From contig JBBISH010000039.1 in the NCBI GenBank assembly GCA_037441385.1, positions 1-47,103 on the forward strand: a stretch of DNA of 47,103 nucleotides. The letters run 5' to 3'. The position numbers were made by a program, and so were the translations under genes. This DNA is from Myxococcales bacterium (GTDB lineage Bacteria > Myxococcota_A > UBA9042). Of this stretch, positions 9,151-19,179 are shown piece by piece. A model generated the notes under the pieces. The model saw only the letters and a list, made by a program, of their open reading frames with translations. It was not told where the DNA came from and ran no database searches. Within the stretch, counting starts at the first letter, position 1, and each line of letters opens with the position of its first letter.

Positions 9151-10548
9151 ATGCGTGTGGAACACCAAGCCGTCATCGACCATGCGGCGATCCAGGCCCA
9201 ACTGCAGGCGACAGGGCCCGCGGATGCGGCACAAGTGCGGGATATTCTGCAGAAAGCCCTTGAACTCAACGGGCTGGACGCCGCGGAGGTGCTCGCGCTG
9301 GTGGGGGTGACCGACACCGATCTCCTTGGCGAACTGTTCCGCACGGCCGGGCAGGTCAAGCAGGCCATCTATGGCAACCGCATCGTCCTTTTCGCGCCGC
9401 TCTACATCTCGAACCTCTGCGCCAACGAGTGCGACTACTGCGCATTTCGCGTTAGTAATCGCGGACTAGACAGAAGGGTGCTCTGTTCCGAAGAGATTGC
9501 GGAGGAGGTGCGGTGGCTCGTGGACCACGGCCACAAACGGGTCCTGATGGTGGCCGGCGAGGCCACGCCGCACGAGGGGTTTGACTACTACCTCCGCGCC
9601 GTCGACACGATCTACGCGACTCGAACGGAGCGCGGCGAGATTCGGCGGGTCAACGTCAACCTGGCGCCGCTGGAGGTGGCCGAATTCAGGGCGCTGAAGG
9701 CCCGCAACATCGGGACCTATCAGCTGTTTCAAGAGACCTACCATCGCCCGACCTATGCGCAGGTCCACAAGTTCGGGCGCAAGGCCGACTACGACTGGCG
9801 GCTGCAGGCCATCGACCGGGCGATGGAGGCGGGCATCGACGACTGCGGCGTGGGCGTGCTCTTTGGCCTCCACGACTGGCGGTTCGAGCTCCTCGCGCTC
9901 ATGCAACACATCGATCACCTGGAGGATCGCTGGGGCGTTGGCCCGCACACCATCAGTATGCCGCGCCTGGAGCCCGCCGACGGTTCAGAGTTGGCCAGCG
10001 ACCCGCCAGCGCCGGTCAGCGACACGGATTTCCTCAAGCTCGTCGCGATCTTGCGCATCGCCGTGCCGTACACCGGGCTCATCCTATCCACGCGCGAGAC
10101 CCCGGAACTGCGGCGCGCGGCGTTCCGACTCGGCGTCTCGCAGATCTCGGCGGGGAGCGTAACCAATCCAGGCGGTTATGCACACCCCGAGCGCGAGGTC
10201 GCGGGGCAATTCAGCTTGGGCGACCACCGCAGCCTGGACGAAGTCGTCCGCGACGTCTTGGACCTCGGCTTCGTGCCTTCGTTCTGCACGGCCTGCTACC
10301 GCCTGGGGCGCACCGGCCGCGACTTCATGGACCTGGCCAAACCAGGCGAGATCAAGACCCATTGCCTGCCGAATGCCCTGGCCACGCTGCAGGAGTATCT
10401 GGGCGAATTTGCCGACCCCGCCACGCGCCAACTCGGCGAGCTCCGCATTGGCGCCGACCTGGACGATATCGACGACCCCAAGCTCCGGCGCCGTGCCGGG
10501 CGCATGGTGCAAGCGGTCCGGGCTGGCAAGCGCGACGTCTTCTGCTAG
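9151..10548 (+). CDS. hydG: [FeFe]-hydrogenase maturase HydG (radical SAM)
   Basis: FAPLYISNLCANECDYC, FQETYH, GPHTISMPRLEPA, C-terminal SFCTACYR...C auxiliary cluster motif. AAGGAG RBS. Confidence 0.95.
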   Translation: MRVEHQAVIDHAAIQAQLQATGPADAAQVRDILQKALELNGLDAAEVLALVGVTDTDLLGELFRTAGQVKQAIYGNRIVLFAPLYISNLCANECDYCAFRVSNRGLDRRVLCSEEIAEEVRWLVDHGHKRVLMVAGEATPHEGFDYYLRAVDTIYATRTERGEIRRVNVNLAPLEVAEFRALKARNIGTYQLFQETYHRPTYAQVHKFGRKADYDWRLQAIDRAMEAGIDDCGVGVLFGLHDWRFELLALMQHIDHLEDRWGVGPHTISMPRLEPADGSELASDPPAPVSDTDFLKLVAILRIAVPYTGLILSTRETPELRRAAFRLGVSQISAGSVTNPGGYAHPEREVAGQFSLGDHRSLDEVVRDVLDLGFVPSFCTACYRLGRTGRDFMDLAKPGEIKTHCLPNALATLQEYLGEFADPATRQLGELRIGADLDDIDDPKLRRRAGRMVQAVRAGKRDVFC

Positions 10549-10566
10549 ATCGCTCCGGGGGTTGTC

Positions 10567-11802
10567 ATGCTCGGTTCGCCCAAGAACATGCGCACGCATA
10601 TCGGGCTGTTTGGCCGCCGCAACGTCGGCAAGTCCAGCCTGCTCAACGCGCTGGTGTCCACGCCCGTGTCGCTGGTCAGCGCCGAGCCGGGCACGACCAC
10701 AGATCCCGTTGAAAAGCCGATGGAACTGCTGCCGATTGGCCCGGTGCTTTTCATCGACACGGCGGGCATCGACGACCACGGCGCGCTCGGCGAGCTCCGC
10801 GTCGGGCGTACACGCCAGGTGCTCGACCGCGTCGACATTGGTGTCGTGGTCAGCGTCGGCGGCGAGTGGGGACCCTTCGAGCGCGACCTCGTGGCGGAAT
10901 TGCAGCAGCGGCAGGTCGCGGTCGTGGCGGTGCTGGCCCAAGCCGACGCGGTGCCCCCCGACCCGCAGCTGGTCCGTGAACTGAGCGGCCAAGGGTTGAA
11001 CCCGGTCGCGGTTTCCGCCTTGCAGCACCAAGGGTTGCATGAGCTTCGCCTTGCCCTACAGACCGCCGCGGGGCACGACCTTGCCGAGCGGCCGCTGCTG
11101 GCCGACTTGGTCCCGCCCGGCAAGGTCTGCGTGCTGGTGGTGCCGGTGGACAAAGAGGCCCCCAAAGGGCGGCTCATCCTGCCGCAAGCCCAGGCGGCCC
11201 GCGATCTTTTGGACCACGACGCTATCGGCCTCGTCGTCAAAGACCGCGAGCTGCCGATCGCGCTGGCTGCCTTGCGCGAGCCGCCCGCGCTCGTCGTCAC
11301 CGACTCGCAGGCCTTTGGCACCGTCGCGCAGATGGTCCCCGCCACGGTGCCACTGACCAGTTTTTCGATTGTGTTTGCGCGCTTCGAGGGCGATCTTCCA
11401 GCCATGGCCCGCGGTGCGCTGGCCCTGGACCGCCTGCAACCGGGCGACGCGGTCTTGATGGCCGAGCAGTGCACCCACCACCCCAACGACGACGACATCG
11501 CCCGCGTCAAGATCCCGCGCTGGCTGGAGCAAAAAGTCGGCGGATCGCTGCGCTACGAATACATGCGCGGTCACGAATTCCCAGACAATGTAAGTCCTTA
11601 CAAGGTCATTCTGCACTGCGGCAACTGCACCGGCAACCGTCGCGAGCTGCTCGCCCGGCAGCGATCGGCGGCGCGGCAGGGCGTGGCGCTCACCAATTTT
11701 GGCGTCGCGATCGCCCACCTCAAGGGCATCCTGGACCGCGCGTTGCAGCCGTTTCCCCAGGCGCTCCAGGCGGTTCAGCAAGCGCGGCAGGAGCAGGCAT
11801 GA
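10567..11802 (+). CDS. hydF: [FeFe]-hydrogenase maturation GTPase HydF
   Basis: GRRNVGKSS, GTTTDPV, DTAG, APKGRLILPQ, TDSQAF, and Fe-S motif CTHH...HCGNC. Confidence 0.95.
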   Translation: MLGSPKNMRTHIGLFGRRNVGKSSLLNALVSTPVSLVSAEPGTTTDPVEKPMELLPIGPVLFIDTAGIDDHGALGELRVGRTRQVLDRVDIGVVVSVGGEWGPFERDLVAELQQRQVAVVAVLAQADAVPPDPQLVRELSGQGLNPVAVSALQHQGLHELRLALQTAAGHDLAERPLLADLVPPGKVCVLVVPVDKEAPKGRLILPQAQAARDLLDHDAIGLVVKDRELPIALAALREPPALVVTDSQAFGTVAQMVPATVPLTSFSIVFARFEGDLPAMARGALALDRLQPGDAVLMAEQCTHHPNDDDIARVKIPRWLEQKVGGSLRYEYMRGHEFPDNVSPYKVILHCGNCTGNRRELLARQRSAARQGVALTNFGVAIAHLKGILDRALQPFPQALQAVQQARQEQA

Positions 11803-12872
11803 GCGCCGCGCTAGACGGAGCCAAGCTGGACGGCACCGCTCTGACCGAATGGCTGCGCGAGGAGGATCCCCAGCAGTTGCAGGCGCTTTGGGCCCGTGCC
11901 GACCAGTTGCGCCGCGACCACGTGGGCGATGCCGTGCACCTGCGCGGGCTGGTCGAAATCTCGAACCGCTGCGTGCGCGCGTGCTGGTACTGCGGGATCC
12001 GCAAGGACAACCACCACATCCAGCGCTATCGCATGACCGCCGACGAAGTGGTGGCGGCCGCCGCTTTGGCCCAACGCCTGGGCTATGGCACCGTCGTCCT
12101 GCAAGCCGGTGAAGATCCAGGGCTTACCCAGCAGTGGGTGACCAATGTCGTGCAGCGCATCGCCCAAGACACGGGCCTGGCGGTGACCCTTAGCCTGGGC
12201 GAACGCAAGTCGCACGAACTGCAGGCGTGGCGGCAGGCGGGGGCGGACCGCTACCTGCTTCGCTTCGAAACGTCGGACAGCGCGCTCTTTGCCCAGATCC
12301 ACCCGGCCTTGGGCCACAGCGCCCGCGACCGCTTCGCCATCCTTGCCGAGCTCCGCGAGCTGGGCTACGAGGTGGGCAGCGGCTTTCTGATCGGCATCCC
12401 CGGCCAGAGCTACGCCAGCCTGGCCCAAGACCTTTTGCGCTGCCGCGACCTGGACCTGGACATGATCGGCGTGGGGCCGTGGCTGGCCCATCCCGAAACA
12501 CCCCTGGGGCAGGGCCTGGTGGCTTCCCTTGGCGACGGCGAGCAAGTCCCCGCCAGCGAAGATATGACCCTCAAGTGCGTGGCGCTGCTAAGGATTCTTT
12601 GCCCGAACGCCAATCTGCCCGCCACCACGGCGCTGGCCACCTTGAACGGCCACCGCGGCCGCGAAAACGCGCTGCAGGCCGGGGCCAACGTGGTGATGCC
12701 CAACGTAACTCCCTTGCAGTACAGGTCCTTGTACGAGATCTATCCGGGCAAGGCCTGCGTCAGCGAGCATGCCGAGGTGTGCGCCGAGTGCCTGGCCGGA
12801 CGCATTTCCAAGGTGGGACGCACGGTTGGGCGCGGGCCGGGCGGCCGACACCGCGATCCTCAGTCGAGCTAG
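11799..12872 (+). CDS. hydE: [FeFe]-hydrogenase maturase HydE (radical SAM)
   Basis: ATG 11799 overlaps the hydF stop (ATGA). RGLVEISNRCVRACWYC, RYLLRFET, GANVVMPN, YEIYPGK. Confidence 0.93.
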   Translation: MSAALDGAKLDGTALTEWLREEDPQQLQALWARADQLRRDHVGDAVHLRGLVEISNRCVRACWYCGIRKDNHHIQRYRMTADEVVAAAALAQRLGYGTVVLQAGEDPGLTQQWVTNVVQRIAQDTGLAVTLSLGERKSHELQAWRQAGADRYLLRFETSDSALFAQIHPALGHSARDRFAILAELRELGYEVGSGFLIGIPGQSYASLAQDLLRCRDLDLDMIGVGPWLAHPETPLGQGLVASLGDGEQVPASEDMTLKCVALLRILCPNANLPATTALATLNGHRGRENALQAGANVVMPNVTPLQYRSLYEIYPGKACVSEHAEVCAECLAGRISKVGRTVGRGPGGRHRDPQSS

Positions 12873-12876
12873 GCGC

Positions 12877-15800
12877 CTAGCGAACGAGCGCCACGGCGCT
12901 GGCCGATCGACCAAAGACTTCGGGGCTGTACATCTCTTCGGCCTTGGCCGGCGGCACCACAAAGCGGCCCGGCGTCGTCGCGCGCGCCAGGTACGTGTAC
13001 TCCCAGTCGCCGTCCCACAGCAGGCTGGCAAAGGCCTCGGCGCGCTCGTCGCGCAGGTTCTCGTGCGAGTACCAGCGACTCCACCACCAGCTGCCGCCGC
13101 TTGGCCGCACGTTGCTCGCCTTGGGCGCAGGTTGGGCGCCATTCAGGTCGCCGTTCAGGATTTCGAGCCCGGCCGGCAACGGATCGACCAGCGCCACGTG
13201 GTAGCGCCGCGCCGCCGCGACCAAGTTCAAGCGCACGCGCACGCGGGCCCCTGCTGCAAAAGTCCAGCTTCCATCCGGGTTTCGCACCACGTCCTTGGGG
13301 TCATCCACGGCCTCGTAGCGCCGCTCGACCACAAAGCCCCGGTCCAGCGCCGCCAGTTGCGTGTCCTTGGGCGCATAGTCCAATCCCAGCCGATAGTACA
13401 GCCGCCCCGGCCCTTCCTTGGCCAGCAGCAACGGGGCGCCCGCGGGTGCATCCTGCAGGGTCGCCATGGGAATCCGCACGTTCTGCCGCTCGTTGCTGCG
13501 CCCGTCGAACTTGGCCGCGCCAGCGTACTGGTCTCCCAGCCAAAGCCGCGCCACGAAGTGCGGTTCCACCTTCTCGTAGGTGCGGAAGTAGCGGTCCAAG
13601 GCCAGGAGCACCCAGGCATTCTCTTGGGTCGAACCCCACTTGCCGCGCACCCGGTGGGCCAGCAGCCCGGTCACCAGCTTGGGGATCAAGTCGCTCTGCG
13701 GCTGGGCCGTCATCAGCGCGTCCAGCAAGACCGCGTCGGCGCGCCGGTCCGAGGCCAGCAAGAGGTGCGCCCCGTCGGCGTAACGGACCGTGAAATGCGC
13801 AGCGCCGGCCTGCTCTTCCACGCGGTTGGCCACATGTCGGGCGATCGCTTCCACCTCTTTGGCCGAGGCCTTGTCTGCTACCAGCACCGGCCAAAGCCAG
13901 CCCAGGGCTTCCAGCGGCGCCTTCTCAACAGCGCCGAATTCCGCAAGCAGCGCCCGAGCTTGGGCGATGTCGCGCTGCCCGGCCTGCAATCGCACGAACA
14001 AGGCCTCGGCGCGGAGCACCCGTCGCGCCTCGACCGGGTACCAAGCGTCGAAGTGACGCGCGATATGCTCGCAATAATCAAGGGCCTTCTTCAGCACGGG
14101 CTCGGGCACGCCGTAGCCCTTTTGCTTGGCCCGCATCAGCGCGTGGGTCACGTGCAGGGTCGTCACCGGCCAACCTTGCTCGCCCCGCCGCCAGAATCCC
14201 CAGGAGCCATCGCTATTTTGCGTCTTGGCCAGCCAGTCCAGGTCCGCCGCCATCGAGGTGACGATGGCCTCCTCGCTGGGCATGTCCTTGGTCGCGAACG
14301 CGCGCAGCACATCGCGCAGCCCGGCGATGGCGAGCATCCGCGATGCCCGTTGCTCGCTGCATTCAAAGGGATAGTGCACCAGGTACAGCAGGGCGTCGGT
14401 CAGGCCCTGCAAGGCGGTCGAACTGGTCGTCACGTCCAAGCCGCCAAACTGGCGCACGGCGTCCTTGGGCGCGACCAGGCCTTGGGCGCGGCTGCCGTTG
14501 CCTTGCGCATCGCCGTCCAAAACCCCATAGCTCGCAAAGGCTTCAGTGGTGGCTGGCGTCCATACGGGCAAGCTGATCTCGGCCGCGTCGGCAAAAGTGC
14601 CCGTCGCCACGCCGATCTGTACGCGGCCCGTGCCGGCTTGCGGCGCCTTGGTCGGCAGCCGTACCTCTACCCGATCCTTGGGCGGCACGGTCACTTGTAG
14701 GCCCAAAGACCCAGCGCCGTCGCCCACTTGCAGCACTGTTGCCCGCGCCACCAGCCGCACCTGCAGGGCTTGGTCGGTCTGGTTCTGCAACACCACGGGC
14801 AGATCGAACTGGTCGCCAAAGTTGGCGAACCGCGGTGCGGACGGCCGCACCATCAGCGGCAGGCGCGCCGTAACCACCGCTTCGCCCGAGCCGAAATTCT
14901 TGGCACCGCGGGCAGCAACGGCCATGGCCCGGTAGCGAGTCAGGTTGTCGGGCAGGGTCAGCGGCACCCGCGCGTGGCCCTTGGCGTCCGTCAGCACGGC
15001 AGGGGCAAACACTGCTAGCGGGTTGAAGTTCTTGCGCACCGCGATGGCCGGCTGCTCAGGCTCGTCGGGCGCTGCGCTGGTACTTTTGGCTTTGGCGGGC
15101 CCCGGCGCTGGACGGGGCTTGGGCTCGTCGCGCATGGCCTTTTCGGCCGGGGCGCTGCGGTCCTCGTCCACAGAGCCGTACATCTTGCCCATGCCGCCGC
15201 CGCCCATGCCGCTGCCACCCACGCCCATGCCGGCGCCGACCGACACTTCGCCAAAACCCCCAGCGCCCATGGACGATTCCAGGGAGTCTGGCAGCCCGCG
15301 GAAGCGGCCGCTCACATCCAACTGGGCGATCAACAGCCAACTGCGCAGTTCGGTCACGGTCAACGCCGACTGCCGCTGTGGATAGAAACTGCCCAGCGGG
15401 TTGCCGATGCGGTGCCCCGTCAGCGCCAGCACGGCGTCGTCGACGAGCACCACAGTCACCTCGCTGTCGGCGAGCGGTTTGCCTTGCGCATCCAAGACCT
15501 CTACGTCTACCGCCGTCTTGGCGCCGGGCTCCAGCTCGGCTTGCTGCGGTGCGACCTTGACCTGCAGCGTGCGGAGCACAGGCGGCACAGACAGGTAGAC
15601 GCTGCCGCTCGCGAAGGTCGCCTGCTTGGGCAGCTTGGCGTCGGGTTTGCCGTTCGGGCCCATCCGCGGCTTTTGCCCCACCACTTCCGCGTCGACCCAC
15701 AACCCTGGGGTATGCTCATCAAGAATCGGCACTTGCACGGTGGCCGTGTTGCCTTTGAAGGCGACCCGCTGCCGCCACAGCCGGCCGTCGCGCGCTACCG

Positions 15801-18800
15801 TGACCTCGGCCTGGCCATCCGAAAACGGCGCAATGAGCAGCACTTTGGCCACTTGCCCCGGCGTGTACTCTTGCCGGTCCGGGACCAGGCGCACCGCGTC
15901 GCTCTCGGCGCCCTCGCCAGAGGTCATCGGCGACGGGCCGGCCACGTAGAGCATCGACTCGGTGAGGTTGGCCCGGCCCTTGCTGTCGGTCACCGTGGCC
16001 TGCAGCGTCCACATGCCCCCCGTCTTGGGCACAAAGGTGCACTTGCCCGGCTGCGCGGTCGAAGTCCACTGGCAGTGGCCCTCGTCCTTTTGCACTTCTG
16101 TCCAGATCCCGCGCACTTGCTCGCTGTCGGTGCGCCACCAGCGCAAGTGAACCGACCTGCCGGCCAGCGGTTGGCCATCGACGTCGACCGCCAACAAACC
16201 GACCTCGGCCTCGTGCCCCGAGGTCACAAACGTTTGTTCCAGCCGAAGCCCCACGTAGGCCGCGCTGGGGTGAACCAGCAGAGTCGTGCCGCTGGTCCAG
16301 GTTTGCCGGTTGACGTCCTGCACCGTGGCCGAGACACCCAGATTCCACGGCTGGTTGGGCGAACCCTGCTGCACATCGATGCGCAGGCTGTGCTGGCCGT
16401 CCGCGCCGGTGCGGGCCGCCATGCGCTGGCTTTGTGGGGGCACCGCCGCGTCGTCGTCGCGACTGCTTTCGTCCGACTCCTCGCGCCAGGTCAACCACCA
16501 CGGCAGCTCGCGACCAAAACTCCAGCCGTCGTGCCCAGGCGGTGCATAGTGCGCGGGCGACGCCGTGACCAACCACTGAACCGGCGCCGAGGCGAGCGCG
16601 CCCCCGGCGTAGTAGCGCGCCGAGGTGGTCACCAGGGCATGGTCGCCGATGAAGTAGGGCCCTGGATCGACCTGGGTCGTCGAGTCGAATTCGGGCCTAC
16701 GGAATTCTTGGACTTGCAGGGCCAAGGTCGAGCTGTCGTGACCGCCGCCAAGCGACATGTGCAGGTAGGCGTGGCCCAAATTGATGGTCTTGGGCAGGTC
16801 CAGGCTCAGATCAAAACTGCCTGCGCTGGTCACGGGTTGCGTGCCTTTGCTCACTTCGTTGCCGTGCGCGTCGGTCAGGCGCCACGTCAGACTGCGCGGA
16901 CCCGTATAGGGCTCCACGTCGCCATGCGGACCCAACTGCACCGTCCGCAGCCAGCCCTTGACCTTGGCCGTTTCGCCGGGTCGGTACAGGCCGCGATCGC
17001 TGGTCGTGTGCCATTGGGTGTTCGATCCGGCGTCGTTTTTGGCCCAACTGGAGCGGCTGGGGTGGCTGCTGGTGTTTTCGGGCAGCATGGCCACTTCGCC
17101 GCCGTACCTCGCCCACAGGGCAGCGGGGCCGGTCAGCCCTTCCGGCTGGGCAAAGGCGGTGCTGCCCTCGCCGTCGGTCGTTTGGCTGGCTATTAGCTTG
17201 CCGCCCTGGTCCCGGAGCTCGATGGTGGCGCCAGCGAGCGGCTTGCCGGTCTGCAGATCCGTAGCCCAGGCGCGGAGTTCGCTGCGTTCGCTCACTGCGG
17301 TGAGGCCGACGTGGCTCACGGCGATCCAGGCTTCCCAAGTGTCGGGCCGCTCGCCGATCTTGGTGGGAATGGTTTCGACGCGCAACACCGCGTGACCCAA
17401 GCCGTTCTTGAGCGCCGCCGCTAGGCTGATCTCGGTCAGCAGCGGCTCGTCGGGCTTCTGCGCCAGCACGGCGGTGCGGTCTTCTACCTTGGTGCCTGGG
17501 ATCGGCAGCCTGCCGTCCGGTGCGTCCAGGTAGCGTTTGTAGGCAGGCCACAGGCTGGGATCCACGCGCCACAGCTGCACTTTCAGGCGCGGCTGGTTGA
17601 CCGTCCAGACCGCCACGCTCGGTTGCTTTTGCGCAGGGTCCAGAACCATGAACTCGCCGCCCTGCACGCTGAAAATGGGTTCGGCCGGGCCCACTTTGAA
17701 CGACGCCGACGCGGGCTTGGCCATGGTCTGGCCGAATCGGTCCGCCAGGCTCGCCGCGACCTTGACGGTGTAGCTCGTCCGCGCGCGGCTCAAGCCCGTC
17801 ACCGTCAGGCGATTGCCGTCCACGGTCACCCGCTGGCCGGGCAGGGTGGGCTGCACCGACACCCAAGCCGGGTCAAAGGTCTTGGCATCCAGGTCGTTGC
17901 TGAACTCCAGCTCAAACGGCATCAGCGGCGAACACCGCTCGCCCCAACCACACTGGCTGCCGATCAGGCGCAGTGAACCATAGGTTTTGAAAGAGAAACG
18001 TTGCTCTTTGGCCGTGGTTCGCGGCCCTTCGGCCGATGGGGTACCGGCAAGAAACGAGACGACGACCATCGCGTCAAAGGGCAGGGGCGCCACGGGCTGC
18101 AGGGCCAGCCAGCGCCTTTCACCGCCGTCGTGGTCCAAGTCTTTCAGTCGCCACTGAAAATCCGCGCGCCGCTCCAGCTCGGCCCGCGGAACCAGCCGCA
18201 CCGCGGTTGCCTGATGGCCCGCAGTGACGCGGACATGCGGCAAGATGGCCGCCGGGTCGATGGCCTGATCGAACTCGGCGACAAGGAGCGGCTGGCGCTC
18301 GACCGCGTCGCCATCCGGCGTGAACTGCTCGACGTGCGGCGGCGGAGTGCTGAAGCGAAAAGCTACGTCCGCGTCTAGGCTTGCGCCACTGACCGCCTTG
18401 GTTCCGGCGGGAATCCGCGCCTCGAACGTGGTCGCCATCGGCAGACGCTCTTTGGGCTGAAAAATCACCGTTTGCGTGCCAAGCCAGCGCCACTCGCCCT
18501 GCAGCGGCGGGGAGAACTGCACGGGTATCGGCAACTTGGCCAGTTCTTCCTGCGACGTCAGCGGCACCATTGGCTGGTTGAACGTGACCGACAGGCGCGG
18601 CGCCAACTCCACCTCGCCCTGCGGCGCAAAGCGGAGCACTTTCAGCGGCTCCGGGGCACTCTCGGTGGTGCGGGTGACCGTTTCGGGCGGCGGAAACGGC
18701 AGCGACGCCGTCTCGCCCGGCCTGGGCGGCGGCAGACTCTTGTCGCGCATCGCGAACGGCTGGGCATCGCCCCCCTGTTGCACCAGCGGCGGCAGCCGCG

Positions 18801-19086
18801 CCAGCAGGGCCTTGGTCTCGTCCGGGCCCAGCGGCAAAGTCGGTGTCGCGGCCTGCGGGCGCCCTTGCGGCGGCGCGCCTTCGGACAGCGAAAACACCAG
18901 TCCATCCGGCAACATGACACGAGGGTGCGTCGTGTCGGGCGCGGCGCCGGGCAGCGTGGCCGGGGTCGGCTGGGTTGGCGGCGGCGACGACGCACAGCCT
19001 GCAAGGCCGTGTACCAGCAGGCAGAGCCCGAACACGCGCGACGGCCACGCCTGGCGCGTCCGCATGCCGCCCATGAGATCGACCAT
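12877..19086 (-). CDS. Bacterial alpha-2-macroglobulin lipoprotein
   Basis: Lipobox LAGC. N-terminal Ig-like domains. DRGLYRPGE, VQEFRRPEF, LPDNLTRYR, PRFANFGD, thioester motif CSEQ (14350-14361), WGSTQEN, AEEMYSPE. Confidence 0.93.
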   Translation of the reverse strand: MVDLMGGMRTRQAWPSRVFGLCLLVHGLAGCASSPPPTQPTPATLPGAAPDTTHPRVMLPDGLVFSLSEGAPPQGRPQAATPTLPLGPDETKALLARLPPLVQQGGDAQPFAMRDKSLPPPRPGETASLPFPPPETVTRTTESAPEPLKVLRFAPQGEVELAPRLSVTFNQPMVPLTSQEELAKLPIPVQFSPPLQGEWRWLGTQTVIFQPKERLPMATTFEARIPAGTKAVSGASLDADVAFRFSTPPPHVEQFTPDGDAVERQPLLVAEFDQAIDPAAILPHVRVTAGHQATAVRLVPRAELERRADFQWRLKDLDHDGGERRWLALQPVAPLPFDAMVVVSFLAGTPSAEGPRTTAKEQRFSFKTYGSLRLIGSQCGWGERCSPLMPFELEFSNDLDAKTFDPAWVSVQPTLPGQRVTVDGNRLTVTGLSRARTSYTVKVAASLADRFGQTMAKPASASFKVGPAEPIFSVQGGEFMVLDPAQKQPSVAVWTVNQPRLKVQLWRVDPSLWPAYKRYLDAPDGRLPIPGTKVEDRTAVLAQKPDEPLLTEISLAAALKNGLGHAVLRVETIPTKIGERPDTWEAWIAVSHVGLTAVSERSELRAWATDLQTGKPLAGATIELRDQGGKLIASQTTDGEGSTAFAQPEGLTGPAALWARYGGEVAMLPENTSSHPSRSSWAKNDAGSNTQWHTTSDRGLYRPGETAKVKGWLRTVQLGPHGDVEPYTGPRSLTWRLTDAHGNEVSKGTQPVTSAGSFDLSLDLPKTINLGHAYLHMSLGGGHDSSTLALQVQEFRRPEFDSTTQVDPGPYFIGDHALVTTSARYYAGGALASAPVQWLVTASPAHYAPPGHDGWSFGRELPWWLTWREESDESSRDDDAAVPPQSQRMAARTGADGQHSLRIDVQQGSPNQPWNLGVSATVQDVNRQTWTSGTTLLVHPSAAYVGLRLEQTFVTSGHEAEVGLLAVDVDGQPLAGRSVHLRWWRTDSEQVRGIWTEVQKDEGHCQWTSTAQPGKCTFVPKTGGMWTLQATVTDSKGRANLTESMLYVAGPSPMTSGEGAESDAVRLVPDRQEYTPGQVAKVLLIAPFSDGQAEVTVARDGRLWRQRVAFKGNTATVQVPILDEHTPGLWVDAEVVGQKPRMGPNGKPDAKLPKQATFASGSVYLSVPPVLRTLQVKVAPQQAELEPGAKTAVDVEVLDAQGKPLADSEVTVVLVDDAVLALTGHRIGNPLGSFYPQRQSALTVTELRSWLLIAQLDVSGRFRGLPDSLESSMGAGGFGEVSVGAGMGVGGSGMGGGGMGKMYGSVDEDRSAPAEKAMRDEPKPRPAPGPAKAKSTSAAPDEPEQPAIAVRKNFNPLAVFAPAVLTDAKGHARVPLTLPDNLTRYRAMAVAARGAKNFGSGEAVVTARLPLMVRPSAPRFANFGDQFDLPVVLQNQTDQALQVRLVARATVLQVGDGAGSLGLQVTVPPKDRVEVRLPTKAPQAGTGRVQIGVATGTFADAAEISLPVWTPATTEAFASYGVLDGDAQGNGSRAQGLVAPKDAVRQFGGLDVTTSSTALQGLTDALLYLVHYPFECSEQRASRMLAIAGLRDVLRAFATKDMPSEEAIVTSMAADLDWLAKTQNSDGSWGFWRRGEQGWPVTTLHVTHALMRAKQKGYGVPEPVLKKALDYCEHIARHFDAWYPVEARRVLRAEALFVRLQAGQRDIAQARALLAEFGAVEKAPLEALGWLWPVLVADKASAKEVEAIARHVANRVEEQAGAAHFTVRYADGAHLLLASDRRADAVLLDALMTAQPQSDLIPKLVTGLLAHRVRGKWGSTQENAWVLLALDRYFRTYEKVEPHFVARLWLGDQYAGAAKFDGRSNERQNVRIPMATLQDAPAGAPLLLAKEGPGRLYYRLGLDYAPKDTQLAALDRGFVVERRYEAVDDPKDVVRNPDGSWTFAAGARVRVRLNLVAAARRYHVALVDPLPAGLEILNGDLNGAQPAPKASNVRPSGGSWWWSRWYSHENLRDERAEAFASLLWDGDWEYTYLARATTPGRFVVPPAKAEEMYSPEVFGRSASAVALVR
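18911..18936 (+). repeat. REP-like hairpin repeat, copy inside the alpha-2-macroglobulin gene (N-terminal linker)
   Basis: AACATGACACGAGGGTGCGTCGTGTC is 26/26 identical to 26816-26841. Confidence 0.8.
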
Positions 19087-19179
19087 TGCGCCCCCTATGG
19101 GAGCTGCCGTCGCTCCCTGCTGTGCGACGCACCAACACGCGGTGGCGGTGCAAACCTTTTCCGCCGGACCATCGCGGTC

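Noticed and set aside
12868..12881. Perfect palindrome GCTAGGCGCCTAGC
   Set aside because: Largely explained by the two convergent TAG stop codons of hydE and A2M.
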